From Lama glama (Eukaryota): DNA of 64,000 bases. The first letter of the stretch is position 1; every line of letters begins with the position of its first letter. This document shows, one piece after another, positions 14,567 to 28,117 of the stretch. Both the position numbers and the translations under genes were made by a program. The DNA lies in NCBI GenBank assembly GCA_028534125.1, contig CM052817.1, forward strand, positions 99,636,001-99,700,000, given 5' to 3'. Below the pieces are notes generated by a model. The model saw nothing but the letters and a program-made list of their open reading frames with translations. It did no database searches and had not been told where the DNA came from.

Positions 14567-17500
14567 TTGAAAGGAAATGACAAAAATAAGAACATTAAAA
14601 TTGAGATTTAAACATAAATCCAAGGTTTATTTGTAAAATGCTGAACTATACCATGTTACAGTGAGAGACCGTAAGATACATATGTCAAGTGAAACATACA
14701 TTCTGGAAGAGCACGAGGTTTTAACACACATCAGAACCTGGTTGTCTCTTAGTCGTGCCATCCAATTTGAAATAATTAACATGCACAGAAAACATGTTTT
14801 CAATATTGGACTGAAATGTTAACCACATGGCAATGGGTGTGGCTGTCTCCAAAACATAGCCATAGAGAACATGACAGGTAAGAAGGAGCATCTCTATTGT
14901 ACAGAATTCAAATATGTACAAGAATAATTAAAATGCTATGGAATTTTATCACATCTGACTTTTCTGAGTTAAACTCTTTAAAGTCACTAATGTATTAGTA
15001 TTAATTCATTCAAGTCTTGAATAAATAGTGTAACAAGATGGAGTTCCCTGTTAATTTGTTTTTTAGGGAAAAGACTCAGGAGGCATCACCATTTGGCAAG
15101 ATTTCACATGAAGCTCTCTTATAGGAAAAGGGACTCCTCCCTTAGCAGTGTCAAGTCTGCAGCAGAACAAATTCAGGACAGAGATGGGTTCTTTTCTGCT
15201 TCCCAGCATTTAGTAGTGATTATACCCAGGGCTCTGCTAGATAATCCTAGGACAGACATACCTGTTCCTTGTAAAACATCATTTTAAAGTTCCTGGTTTG
15301 TTCTAGCTGAAAAGTCATCTAAATTCAAATTTAATTGGATGGGTTTGCAATGGCCCAATGCAGGCTATGAGCTTTTCTCTGAGACCTGACCCATTCTCAC
15401 TTCCTATAGAGATCAAGAATTGGTATAAAGTTACCTTGAGAAGGAATACTGGAAAGACACATGACTTTAACTGTCTTAGAGGCAAAATAAATAAATAAAA
15501 TAAAGCTGAAGATACAAAGTTCTTCCCTGGTGGCAATTGTTTTGGTAGATTATTTTTGAACTATTGTTTTTAGGAAAATTTCTCCATCAGATTAAGAAAC
15601 TAAAGCAAAGATACAAAAGGCAAATACTTAAACATTGGGTAAAGTTTAGTATGAAAATGAAAATGAAAACTCCAGGTATCCATCTAGAGGAGCATGGACA
15701 ACATTTCTCTCTCTCAGAGTTTCAGGTATTTTGGGATAATGTTTGAATTAAGGTTGTGCTTGTAGGCTCTCAATATATGAAGGCTATAAAATCATTATGC
15801 TCTATTTTTGGCTTATCACATTACCTAAGATTTTCTTTGCAATGATGATGTTTAATACTGATGCAAGTAGTGCAAAAACTCATGTACCACTGATAGGAAT
15901 GGGTATGATCTTTCTGGAGAGCAATGTAGGCCTTCATAAAGTTTATGGCTTTTTCTCCAAAATTCTACTCCTTAAAATCTATCTTCAGGAGCAGAGAAGT
16001 GAGGGAAATTTCCATACGAAGACATTTATTGCAACTGTTCTTTATAACAACAAATCCAAGTGGTCAAACAATACTGGAATGACAAAATAAATTTTGACAC
16101 ATTCATAATTTTTTATAAACTATGCAGTTATTATCATATTCAACATTTATTGAATGACAGGTAATAACCTAAGTATTTTATTCACAAGAACCCTATGAAG
16201 GAAGTTCCCTTTACTGATGAAGAAAAAAAAAAAAAGAAATCTGAGTCATGGTGCAGGTCCTCGTTCTGGGATTCCAAACCAGTCCAGCTCCAGGGCCGAA
16301 ACTAGTCAGCACTCCACTGTATTGCTGTTTTGTACGTTACTTTTCAAATGTGAAACTGAATTCTATTTTATAATTTTTCTTCCGAGGATTTTTGTTTCAA
16401 TATTCACAGCAAAATTGATCTCTGGTTTTCTTTTAGGAGAAATAGCTTTTCCTTGTTTCAGTATCAATGTTCTCTTCCCTTCATGAAAAGGAATTTGGAG
16501 ACTTCCCTTCATTTTCTATATTCTGAAACAGTTTAAAATCAAATTGGGATGATTTGTTTCTTGAGGTGGGGTAGATTTTCCTTGTAAACTTGAAGGAGAG
16601 GGTAGGGAGGGTAGCTCTTTAGCAATTTTCTCTATTTCATCAAGAATAAATGTTCCTTTAGATTTTCTGTCTTCTGGGGTCAGCTACACTCACTTACCAT
16701 GTCATTAAAAAAATTAACAGCTTTATTGAGGCACAATTTACATGCCACAAAATTTACCTGCTTGAAGTATACAATTCAATGATTTTTAGTAAATTTACAG
16801 AGTTGTGCAATAATTATCACAATCATTTTAGAACATTCCCTTCGCCCTGAAAAGATCCCTTATGCCCATTTAGAATCAATCCTGCTGCTATCTCCAGCCC
16901 CCCGTATCATTTTAATAGTACAAGTCTATAACCTTAACGTATATAAACAGATGCATCTATTTCATACGGATTAAATAAAACAGTAGAGTCAAACCTTGGG
17001 TATATTGCATATAATATGACTATACTATATTAAAAAGTTATTTACTTTTGAAAAAACAATGTGGTGCTATGCACAAATGTTATAATTTTTCTCATAGCTC
17101 ATTAAAGCTACCTGGTACCCATGGGAAAGAAAGCAGCGTGATTGTTCTCATTTTCTTATCTACAGTACTGACACTTTCATGAACACTTATTCTCAATTGT
17201 CTCATTGGCAGCAAGCAGTGGGAAGCAGATACTAAAATACAATCACCCTGCCTCCAGACACATCAGAGACTGACATTCTTCTTTATTTCATGTTAACCAT
17301 ATTTTCTAACAATCAGTTTTACATAATTTTCTTTTTAATTTCTATTTTTCCGCCCTAAAAAAAGTTGGGGGAAAGTCTAGCTTTTTCTAAACTAGACAAA
17401 GTGTTTTACCCATAATGTTCAGGAATTTAGTGCTGAGAATTAAGTCCAGCAGACTAGAAGTCCAATATATTTTTCGTTAGCATTGAATAGAGACTTCTTT

Positions 17501-20339
17501 AACTAGAAAGCATTAGTGTCATTTGATTTGTAATCCTTGCTTCAAAGTTCTCCTCATACAATAGAGAACATTAAATATAAGATTAAACTCAACAGGAAAA
17601 TATTTTTACATGTTCAAACATGCATAATCCAGTCAGGAGCATATTTAGAGCTAAGATTAGCAAAACTTATTTGAGCATCAAGAATTTCTTCCAATAATAA
17701 AAGTCAACAGAAAACAGACTCTTGGAGAAGTGGAAAGAGCACTGACTTTGGAACCATAAACATGGGTTCAAATCCATCTTCTTCCTCCTGCCTCTCTCCA
17801 TTCTTGCCCAGCAGGCCCCCATAAAAACAAAAAACAAAACAAAACAAAATGCAAACAAAACAATTCAGAGGAAATATACTCCCAAAATTTTCTTAAAGTG
17901 AATTTATACTGATTTAATTTTTTTTAATTCAGGAACCAAAGTAACTAAATTAAGTTGCTTCCCTGTCAACTTAATATCCTTATTGGCCATCTGTTACTTC
18001 TTTATCATCTTCTCCTCAAAGACATAAAGTGAGCTTCAAAGACATTTAAGTGCGTATTACAAGATTGCGCTGAGTTTTAAACAGATGTATACTTACATGA
18101 AAGCCCAACTACAAAGCACTTAAGGCTCTGTAAGTATTGTGCTGACAAGTACAAATCCACAACAAAGGTGTCCAAAGCATACACATACTCATGTATATGT
18201 TCAGTCTGTACCTAGCCTTTGTCCTCAGCATATGTTCATCATATCCATAAAAGTTAAAATATTTAAATATTTTAAACAAAAGAGAAAAAATTATACTTGG
18301 CTCTTCTAGTTTCATACCTAAAAACTTATGTTCAAATGTTTCTCTGAAAAAAGTAGTAGAAAGCTATCAAGTCATCAATAAGAAATGAGACTTTTAACTA
18401 GAAGATTATAAATATAAAGTTCTATATAGAATAAGCATGAGAAAATTAAAAAGTAGTACTAAATCTATACTACTATATATTAAATATGTACTATTATTGC
18501 AGGTCTCTCCTTCCAAAAAAGGTTAAAGTTTAAAGATCTGAAAACCTGATCACTGATATAAAATTTCTTTCCAAGTTAGTCACTGGAAACTCACGCTTAA
18601 ACTCACAAAATCTGAAATCAATTCCTTATGAGGGTTTACCAAAGAACTTGAAATCTTTGCAAACTTGTTACAAAAAAATAATTTGGAAACATTTTCTGAA
18701 ACAAAATAAGAGAAATCAGGTCTGCTCTTTCATTTCGATAACTTCCGTTACTCTCCAGCTCTGCCTCTGAGCACTATCCTCTTTAATATTAGTTAAGGCC
18801 CTCTCTGTTTTAGCGAAGTCTCAGAATTTGGAGAAGCATTACTATTCCATCCTCTGTATAGGGAAAAAGCGTGAAATATCTTCCTATTTTTCTTATTCCC
18901 CAATTACAGTTACTGCCGCCAATTAGTACAGTATTGTTTGGTTGAAATGTTTTCTCCTATTGGTCTTATCAGACCAGCTAAAATTGGGGGGGGGGGGAGA
19001 TTATCACCAGTCTGAATGAGTAGGAGGGAAAAGAGGTGCCCTCAATCAGGGGTCTTTTGGGGGTCTTTTTCTGGAGGATGATTTGGCAATACAGACTAGA
19101 CTTTTTTTCCGTGCAGGTAACTTCAATGAGGCCTAGGCTGACTTTTGTTTCTCAGACTTAAAGGTCAAAGAGGAGGGGCATCACACTTCCTCTTTGGTCA
19201 AAGAGCCATGGCTGGCTCATGCACTGGTGTATATTCTCCAGCTGAGTGGAGACTGAGGGTCAGGCCTCTTCCACAAAGGAGGGATCTCTCTGTCAGTCAG
19301 CTTCCAGAGGCAGGATTGAGGACCTGCATGGGCCCCAACCTGCATGCTGACTAGCACTTTCTCAAAGCTGTCTCTGAAACAGAGACTGTGACAGATGGTA
19401 AAACACACTGTCTTTCCTTCAGTAATTCCACATCAGATCAATTCATGTCACAGCAATTGTACAAGTACACAAGAAGAGTGGTAAAGAATATACATATATA
19501 TTAGTATAATTTATAATAGCAAAAAATAAAGAAAACCTAAGTGTCCATCAACATGGCCATGATTTTTTTGTGGGGCATGATTTTAAAGTTATGTTACTTC
19601 TGTACTGTGTACTGCTATGCAGCTGTTCTAAAAAAAAGTCATCAGATTGGTATATACTGGCATGGGAGTAGGAAAAGTCTGAGTAGGAGAAGTTAAGTTG
19701 CATATAGAATACTTCCACTTTTTTCTGTAATATACATATGCACAGATATGTATATACGAACCCCACACAACTACATATGTATAGGCAGAAAGAAAGGGAA
19801 AGACAGGAAGTGAGACCTGGAATAATGCTCAAAAACAACCCATAAGTTGCTAGAAGTAGAAAAATGAGAAAAGAACTTTCTATTTTACTTTATACACTTT
19901 CCTGTTTAAATTTTCAATAATGGTAAAGAAAAAACAACCATACATTATATCCAGCACGCAGCGAGGAGGGAACCAGGCCTATTAATATTTTAATAACAAC
20001 TATTAATTCTAAATTTCTTCCCATCTGCCTGCCTGGAAAGAAAGGGCGCTCTGCTCTGGTCACATGTGCCCTAGACCTTACACCGTCTCCCAAAAGGGTT
20101 TTGTGAACCAAATGGAAAACTGTAGCTGAAAAAAACAGTGGTTCAATTAGATTAATCACCAGCTGAAGATCACTCAACAAAGCCTGCTGACCAATGGATA
20201 CGTTCCAGCCTCAAGTGGCCCTCCAGCCAGGGTCCTGGTCCTCACTCTTAAGGACTCAGGGAAGAGTGAAAGAAAGGAGAGCCACAGACCTCTGCGTGCT
20301 CCTGAGAAGCCTAATATTTAGGACCGTTCCACCATAATC

Positions 20340-22530
20340 TGCTTTCAGGACTAAATGATCCTTCCTCGGCCTCAGGTGCTACTTCTGTGGACCTCCCTAG
20401 CCTTGGGATCACCAATAACTGCACCCTCTCCATGATCTCACTTTTAAGCACCTCACCTTCCTAGCACAAATATCTCTCATACACTCCTTCTAGCAAGAAT
20501 GCCAATTCCAGTATTTTTCAACCCCATTAGGATTTATAATTCACTGATTTTTACCTTGCTTTACTCTCTACACTCCCCGCCCCATTCCTTCCTTTCCAGA
20601 TTAAGTCCATGATTTATCATTATAATCAGTCCCTTGCCCCCTCCCCCCTCATTACGCACACCTCGGAAATCCTCAACGTGGTTACAGGCCACTTTCTACC
20701 CTCTCTGTGCCTCCACCATGTTGTTTAACGCTGCTTGTGAACACACAACTATGCCAATTTCACTTAAAATCAAGTGGATACCTTCTGTGCCCAGCAGTCA
20801 CACTATTATTTCTCTGGGCCGTTCATCTCCCACACTTAGTTCATTCCTTCTTCTTAAGTCCTCAACACTTCCCTTCCCATACTTAATAGATGACTTCTTA
20901 CCTAGTTCACTGAGTAAATGAAAACCATCGGCAGAGAACTTCCATCACCACATCTCTCACCAACCGGCATCTGTGCCCACATACTTGCTTTCACCCTTGT
21001 AGGAAAGGCCTGTCTGTGCTCCAATCTAAGGATCCTCATCCCCAACTAGTGAGTTGGGCTCAGTCCCCTCCTGTCTGTCAAGGACACCACTTCAGCACTT
21101 CTCCCACTTTCTCTCCCATATCACCAATTTCTCCCTTCTTTCTGGGTAATCCCATCAGCACACAAACATGATGTAACCTCCCTCATCTTAAAACAAAACA
21201 ACAAAAACTAAAAACTCTGCACCACCCAGGCTCTTCCACCAGCTGTTTCTCTACTTCCTTTAACAGCAAAGCTACTCTTAAAAATTGCCTACACTTGTTG
21301 TCTACAATTGTTCTTCTCTTTCTCTTGACTCCATTCTGTGATGCTGAATCCTATGGTCAGTTCTTCATTGTTTGCAGCATTTGGCAGCCAATCACTTCTT
21401 CCTCCTTGAAACACTTTCTCTACCTGGCTTCCAGAATATTACAGTTCTCTGCTTTGCTCATTGACATCTTCTCAGTCTCTCATTGGTTTTTGCTTATCTC
21501 ATCTAAACTTTTATGTGATAAATCCTTAAAACTCGCAGAAGGTTTTATTTATGCTCACTCCCTAGGGAACCTTATCTCATCCCTTGGCTTTGAATACTAT
21601 GACATTCTGACAACACCCTGATCTAGCCCTTCAGTTTGTGGCAATCTCCTGATTCCAGAATCATATATTCAACTGCCTCATGGACATCTCCAGTTGGACA
21701 TTTATCAGGTATCTTAAACTTAGAATGCCTGTGAATGAACTTCTTATCTACCTCAAAAATCTGCTCCTCCTACCATGTGCCCCATCTCAGTAAATGGATA
21801 CACTTTTGGTGGCTCAGGCCAGAAATCTTAAGAGTCACTTTTGACTCCTACCCACAACCAATTCATCAGCAGGTACCACTGGCTCTGCCTTCAAAATGCA
21901 ACCAGAATCTGCCACTTCTTACCACTTCTATCTCCATGGCCTTGGTCTAAAGCCACCATCACCTCCTACCCAAATTATTATGATAGTTTTCTGACTAATC
22001 TCTCCCTGACCATTCTCAACCCATAGCCAGTGGGATCCATTAAAACTTTTAAAGTCATATCAAAATCTTGCCATTCTACTAAGAATAGAAACCAAAGACC
22101 TCAAAATAGCCTACGAGGGCCCGTTCCCTGCCTGACCTCATTTCCTATGGCTGGAGCCCCTTTCCCACTCTGCTCTAGTTTCTGCGTTTCTTAAATGTCC
22201 CAAACACACTCCTACTCAGGGACTTTGTAAGCTATCCTCTGTGCTTCAACCCTTTTCCCTCAGTTAACCACCTGACTCATCGCGTCTCTTTCCTCAGATA
22301 TCTGCTCAGAAACCCCCTTAGTGATGCCTTCCCTGACCATTCTATTTAAAAGTTATGCCCGACCCCAGCATCCCTGTACTGTTTTATTCTTCTCCAAAGA
22401 ACTAGTCATGATCTGACCTAAAACTAGAATATAAACTTCCTGATGACAGGGCTTTTTCTACACTGTCACTCCTCTGTTAGAACAGTGCCTGGCATGGGCA
22501 CTGAAAGTAGGATTGCTGAATAAATGAGTG
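20340..22530 (+). mobile_element. L2 LINE remnant (~2 kb)
   Basis: C/T-rich degenerate L2 body ending AGAACAGTGCCTGGCA...TGAATAAATGAGTGA. Confidence 0.75.
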
Positions 22531-24516
22531 ATGTCTCCTGGACTTGGGACGCTGCTGGAGCATGGAGGCAAAGATTACTAGACAACAAATCAGAAAATCT
22601 AAGTTTAAATCTGATTACTAGACTGGGAAATAGAAGCAACCCCTAGCTTTGCTAGTGAACAGTATGATACAACTAGTTATTTAACCTCCAAGGTCCTCAG
22701 TTTCTTCACTAATAAAATAGAAATAAAAACATGCTTCCCTCACAGAGTCACCATGTGGATGAAAATGTTATACTGTCAAGCTTCTCTAACTGGTCACTTT
22801 GAACTGTTTAGAATCAATTTAACATTTATAGACCCTGGTTTGTTCTCTTTGTAAACTAAAAACTTGAATTATAACAAATTTTAAACTGTCATTCCCTGTC
22901 TAGAGTTTGTAATTGTCTACATTATTAATTATACACATTAGTATCTTAATACTAGTATCTAACTTTTGGGCCTTATGGGTATAATTATCTTTGTTTCTAT
23001 TCTGAGACCTTATCCATTCTCTTCTAAATAGGGAGAGAAGAGTCTTGATATCTTTGAGATCTTTGGTACTTTTATTTGGCTCTGGAATTGTCTGTCTTAC
23101 AGCCAATAACCAGACAAAGGTGAGATGGGGTCTCATAGAGGCGGCAAGACAAGCCAGTCTCCTTCATCAGGACATAAAATGTCAATAAAATGTCAAGACA
23201 GTCCAAAGGGCATCCAGAGAATGTAGACCCCACCGAAGCACAGATGGAAAGAGTGGTATTTAAGAGAGAAAAGAGGTATTTTCTGTAAATTCTTTTATTT
23301 CAAGTTACATAACAAGAAATACAAATACTTCTTTTAAGTTAGTTTAGTTCTTCACAGAAATGACTTAATCATGATTTTAAATGATGGTATCACCATTTAG
23401 TGAGAGATAATATAAAAAGCAAGAAATGTTGCTGAGTCCTCTATAAAACCACTTATTATGTTACGTAATGTGCTTTTTACAGTATTGTAACAAACTCATT
23501 GAATTAACTGCCAAGGGGAAAAAAGTTCTCTCCTGACAAAAGCATATGGCTCTTATGATCAGAAGACGTGAGCTATGTATGCAGCTCATCTTCCTTCCTT
23601 TTTTCTTTTTTGGTGCTGTGGTCTCTTGAAAGCTTTAAGTTAAATTAATTCTTGATTTGAATAATTATAATAATCCCATTCTCGATTTCTGGGTATATAA
23701 TCTCCCCTTTATTTCTACAGGCCTTCTAATCCTGTTCATTTTTATTGTACCCATGATGTCCGCCTGTGCCAAACAACAGGCATGGAACATTAAAGAGTCT
23801 CCAGAACTATTTCATCACTGCCATGTTTTTTAAAATAGCAACAACGTTTGCTCAGCATTTAGGTTATGTGCCTCATCTAAGTTAAAAAGTTCTCAAAGCT
23901 AGTCGTAGGGGTGCCAGGAATGAGGCTCCACATCTTGGGCCAGCACCTAGGGCTCCACATTCGGCTTTCAGAGCCACCCAGCCCTCCTGTTTTAAGGACC
24001 ACAATACCAATTACAAATCAACACCTCTGGAGGGAGTTCCTTCCTCCCTCTGCCTCTCTCAGGCTAGACTGTCAACTCCTCGGAGGAAGGCACCCCTCTC
24101 GCCTCATGATTCATGCTCCTTTATAGATCTTGCTCCACGTTTAGCACAATAGCTTGTACACAATAATGATCCAGTAAGTATGTGCTGACTTAGGAAGGCA
24201 AAGAACAAATTTTAACAGGTGGAGATTAAAGCAAAAAAGAGAAAGCGAGAAAGCAGAACATATTGGTCAGCTAACTAGCTGGCTTCTTTCCTCTTTTTTA
24301 TCTTGTCAGTCCTGTAGCTGTTCTAGAGGCCAAGGACTTGGGGCAGCCCTCTGCACGGCCCTTGGGGATCCAAGCTTAGGGACCTGCCCCGACTGGTTCA
24401 CCCACGGCCAGTGAAGAAGTAGACGGGAGCAACTAGGATAGGCCCCTGAGATGTGGCAGATAGGGCAGAGGGAGGTTCTAGGAGCCTGCCCCCACCCGAC
24501 GCCAGGGTCACAGTGC

Positions 24517-24865
24517 ACTGAGAGAGCCCTGCTCCTTCCAGGGCCCACCCCCAACCGCGCCTCTTCCCCACCCCCCTGCCCCGCTCCTCCCCCCTCCACC
24601 CCCCAGCAGGAACCCCAGGCACCGTGCTCTGCCTGGGCAGCAGGGGGCGCCTCAGGCCCTAGCTCCTCCCCCTGGGTCCTGCAGCTGCACCCTTCGGTAT
24701 CGGGTCTGGCCAGGGTGAGGACCAGAGGAGAGGAGGGGGTGGAGCTGAGGAATCCATCTAGAAGGAGACGCTGTCCCGCCCCTCTTCTCAGGCTGCTCTC
24801 CAGCCAGCCTTTCCCTGAAAGCCTGAGTCCAGAGAGCAGGAGGTGCTGACTCTGAGGACAGAACC
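24517..24865 (+). promoter_or_regulatory. GC-rich promoter/5'UTR of the paralog with CTCF motif (~24636-24650), GC box and TGCTGACTC element
   Basis: GGCAGCAGGGGGCGC, GTCCCGCCCC and GTGCTGACTCTGAG directly upstream of the ATG; duplicated at 37780-38153. Confidence 0.65.
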
Positions 24866-24917
24866 ATGGGCCCTGCTGGCTGTGTCTTCCTGCTGCCCAT
24901 TCTGTTGGGGATCTCAG
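24866..24917 (+). pseudogene. Paralog exon 1, signal peptide MGPAGCVFLLPILLGIS
   Basis: ACCATGG Kozak context; CAG|GTGAG donor; homologous to 38154-38196. Confidence 0.85.
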
Positions 24918-25240
24918 GTGAGCTCTTGGAGCTCAGGAGCCCCGGGGGCGCTGCATAGGGCCGGGGGGGGGGCCGCCTTGGAATAAGAACCGTCGTGGTA
25001 TCCCCCACAATCTCCCTTTCCTCTCCCTAGACACAGATGAGGAGGAACCAGAGAACCTCGTGAGTCAAGTAAGGCGCCCCAGCCAGGGCCAGCATCCCTG
25101 GGTGGACCAAGGGAAGGGAACTGGAGCCAAGGAGGAGAGCTGAGAGGACACCTGTGCAGGAAGTGGGCAGGGAGGGGGCAGGGGGCAGGGCGCAGGTCTC
25201 TGGGGCAGGTCTCCCACGCCTTTCTCCTCTTTGCTGGCAG

Positions 25241-25400
25241 TCTGTGGGCGGTCCACGGTCTTACCTGGCATTGCCTCAGGCATGGAGGCCAACGTGGGGC
25301 AGTGGCCCTGGCAGGTCAGCATCTGCAAGGGCTCGTTTCACATCTGTGCGGCCAGCCTCATCTCACAGCGGTGGGTGTTGACCGCCGCAAGCTGCTTCCG
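25241..25400 (+). pseudogene. Paralog exon homologous to PRSS48 exon 3 (TAASC instead of TAAHC)
   Basis: GCAG acceptor, CG|GTGAGT donor, WPWQVS and HIC motifs; about half the residues identical to PRSS48 exon 3 by eye. Confidence 0.9.
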
Positions 25401-25526
25401 GTGAGTGCTGGCCTTGCTTGGGGGAGACCCATCATGGGCATCAGGTGACCTGAGCCCCTAGGCTAAGGTCAAAGAGTTTATCTTGCAGTGCCAGATAAGT
25501 ATGCTGTGACTTAGAAGTGGGTCCAA

Positions 25527-25681
25527 GCGAAGAGGGTATAGCTCAAGCTCTAGAATGCATGCTTAGCATACACAAGGTCCTGGGTTCAATCCCTAGTACC
25601 TCCCCTAAAAACAAACAAACAAACAAACAAACCTAACCACCTCCCTCCCAAAACAAAATGAAACAAAACAACAACAAAAAA
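25527..25681 (+). mobile_element. tRNA-derived SINE (camelid Vic-1-like) in an intron of the paralog
   Basis: A box TATAGCTCAAG, B box GGTTCAATCCC, (AAAC)n tail; TSD AGAAGWGGGTCCAA at 25513-25526 and 25682-25695. Confidence 0.88.
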
Positions 25682-26705
25682 AGAAGAGGGTCCAAATGTT
25701 TCCTGCCTGATTCTCAGTTCAACTACTTTTAAGACTTCAGGTAGCTTCATATTTGACAGTCATCTTGACTGAAATGAGTGCCTAAAAGAAGTCTCTATGC
25801 AAGGAGACATTCCTCAGGGAGGGCCGCTCCCTTTACAGCATGCCCACATCTTCGTATCACTCCAGATACACAGTCCTGAGCCCTCTTCCCTTTCCCAGGG
25901 TGGCCTCATCCATTCTCATGATTTAAAACATCATATATATACTGATAACGTCCACGTTTACATCACTAGTCCCAAACTCTAGTTCTGATGCATTTCCATT
26001 TGGATGTTTCACTGGTATCTCAAAGATAACGTGATCAAAAGAGAACTACAATTTTACCACCACCAATATCCCCAAGCCTAATTCTCTTCCTCTCTTCCCA
26101 TCTCACTCAATAACATAGCCAGTTGCTCAAGCCAGAAATATGAAGCCTCACTTTCTCTCACCATCCATATGCACTGCACACACCAATTCTTTGGTTTTAT
26201 TTCCAAAATATATATTGACTCTAGCATAACTGTCCTGGACCACTGCAATACCTTCACACACACAACAAAGTCAGAGGTAAGATCATGTCATTCCTTCCTT
26301 CAAATCCTCCAGTTGCTGCTGAGGCACCTAGAATAAAACCTATAAGTCACAAGCTGACAAATATCTGCTCATTTTTCCAACATCATGCCATTCTACTCCA
26401 GGTTTATTTAACTCCTAGAAAGCTCTTTCTTATCCTCAGTGCCTTTGCATATGCTATTCCTTCTGCAATGCTTTTCCTTATAGCTCTTCTCACAGCTGAC
26501 TCCTACCTTGTGGGACTCAGTTGAAAAGTTACCTCTTCAACGAAACTTTCCCTGATCACCAATTTATAGGTTCTCCTCCAATCTTTTACTCTCTACTTTA
26601 AAATCCTGTTTGTTTTCTTCATAAAATTCATCACAATTTAAAACTTTTTACTTGTTGACTTGTGTGTTGTCTCTCCCTTCCTCCCTCTCTGTCTGTCTGT
26701 CACAC

Positions 26706-26706
26706 A

Positions 26707-26742
<36 letters not shown>
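26706..26742. repeat. (CT)n(CA)n microsatellite
   Basis: Direct reading. Confidence 0.9.
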
Positions 26743-26743
<1 letters not shown>

Positions 26744-26954
26744 TTGGTTCTTAAGACCAGACACCCTATGAGGGCCAGATCATGTCTGAGTCTCATTTAT
26801 ATTGTCAGGAGATGCTCAGGACTTACAAGAGGAACAAGTGCTTAGGAAGAGCTAGAGGAGAAATGCCTCCACCAGAACCATGGGCTCCGCTGTGACACTC
26901 CATGGCAGAGCCACAAGAAACCCATGGTACCTGTTCTGCTCCTCTTCTTCTCAG

Positions 26955-27227
26955 GTCCAAGGATACCAGAAAATACAATGTGTTGGTGGGGCCGCTCCAG
27001 ATCTTTGGTCACCAAGCCTCCAAAACAACGATGATCCCAATAATCATCCAGGATTATTCCCTACCCTGACTTCCCGGGAAGCACATGGAGTACAATCACT
27101 GTGGTGGAACTGGCCCCTCCAGTTTCTTTCAGCCCTGTTGTCTTGCCCATCTGCCTCCCATCATCTGCTGTCCAGCTGAAGAACTCGTGCTGGGTGACTG
27201 GACGGGGCAATGCTGGGGTATCCCACT
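26955..27227 (+). pseudogene. Paralog exon homologous to PRSS48 exon 4, frameshifted
   Basis: TCAG acceptor; SKDTRKYNVLVG...MIPI then a shift to SRIIPYPD...VLPICLP...CWVTGRG; T|GTGAGG donor. Confidence 0.85.
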
Positions 27228-27953
27228 GTGAGGATAAGTAGATTTTCTGAGCTTCCTCTACTGACATTCCCACCCTCTACTCTTCATCCCACCCCAAGCA
27301 CCAGACGTGGTTCTCCTTGACCCTGCAGCCTCCCTTTGCCTCCTTCATATTTCTGCTATGATCTTTGCTTATTTACATCTGCTTTTGCTCTTATTTTGCA
27401 ATACTACTAAGACCTTAAAAGTGAAAAGGACAGCTTAATGCACTGAGAGAGAGGCGAGTTCTCAGTCCTCCCTCCACACTGGGATAGAGCGTGTGAGTAG
27501 GTGAACAGAAGCAGATGTGTAGACAGATCCAGGAAAGAGACCACTCAGCAGGTCCTGAGTCAGACTAGGAGAATAGGGCTTCTTGTATCAACAGACTTGA
27601 CTCTTTTCAGTATATCAGATCCAACTTTTTATGTTCTATGGCACACAAAAATATGTTCCAAAGCCAAACAACTTAACCCTGTATCTTTCATTATTTAGAT
27701 TTTCCTGAGTCAAAAGATTCTTCTGTTATTTGTGGTTTCTGAGCAGGAGCAACTGCCCTCAGTCTTGTTCAGACTCAGGGAACTCAGCCTTTAGACTATT
27801 TGCCAAACTAGAAATAAGAATGCTGTCTATCATGGGAGCAGAATATCTGAAATTAGAGCTATCCCTGAAAAACAAAGGCATGAAATCTGTATCTGTAGCT
27901 GAAAATGGCTTCCTAATTTTTAAAGACAGCTTTGATTCTTTTTGACCTTACAG

Positions 27954-28117
27954 CTATGAAACCATCTTATACCCTGAAGGAGCTAAAAGTGCCCCTCCTT
28001 GATCTCCAGACATACAGTAAATATTATCAGAAAGAAAGCTTGCTGCATGGAGTCAAACCCATCAGTGAAGCCATGATCTGCTCCAGGCTCCCAGTGGGGC
28101 AGATGGATCGGTGTATA
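27954..28117 (+). pseudogene. Paralog exon homologous to PRSS48 exon 5
   Basis: ORF 27932..28234: TLKELKVPLLDLQTY...EAMICS...MDRCI; ACAG acceptor and ATA|GTAAGA donor. Confidence 0.88.

Noticed and set aside
24306..25008. Overlapping 74-132 aa ORFs on both strands at the paralog promoter (and 37745-38319)
   Set aside because: By-products of GC-rich promoter DNA; their mutual similarity reflects the promoter duplication, and indels break the frames between copies
25031..27069. Mini-exon (-1) and exon-4 insertion (+1 mod 3) acting as compensating frameshifts that rescue the paralog ORF
   Set aside because: The shifted frame through exon 3 hits TGA at 25379-25381 (ORF 25154..25381) before reaching the second shift
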